Assembly (NCBI RefSeq): GCF_009914755.1
Contig: NC_060930.1
Source: the human T2T-CHM13v2.0 reference genome, Homo sapiens
Strand: one strand, 5' to 3'
DNA: 64,000 nt
Of the stretch, positions 63,996 to 64,000 are shown piece by piece. The notes below the pieces were generated by a model that searched no databases, was not told the DNA's origin, and saw only the letters and a list, made by a program, of their open reading frames with translations. The position numbers and the translations under genes are program-made. Within the stretch, counting starts at the first letter, position 1. Each line of letters starts with the position of its first letter.

Positions 63996-64000
63996 TCAGA

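Overview
Primate (almost certainly human) genomic DNA, not prokaryotic. The + strand carries the 3' part of E2F3: the end of the long first intron (1-15859), coding exons 2-7 (15860-26447; 1005 nt, 334 codons plus stop), and a ~3.3 kb 3' UTR ending near 29.73 kb. Intron 4 (18938-22705) is a U12-type AT-AC intron. From ~29.75 kb to the end the DNA is intergenic and repeat-dense (about 40 Alus, L1, L2/MIR, MaLR/ERV LTRs, DNA transposon fossils, a Y3 RNA retrocopy); no second gene or CpG island is visible. No new gene system is supported. The best leads: (i) a GT-AG site pair offset from the minor-intron ends that would give an in-frame, +8 aa, major-spliceosome bypass; (ii) an antisense U2 snRNA 5'-end retrocopy inside that minor intron; (iii) an ancient MER5A-containing segment captured inside a younger Tigger2a; (iv) a tetrameric Alu; (v) a local templated insertion; (vi) structured regulatory modules in the 3' UTR. 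Repeat subfamily names were assigned by eye from remembered consensus sequences, and repeat boundaries are approximate.
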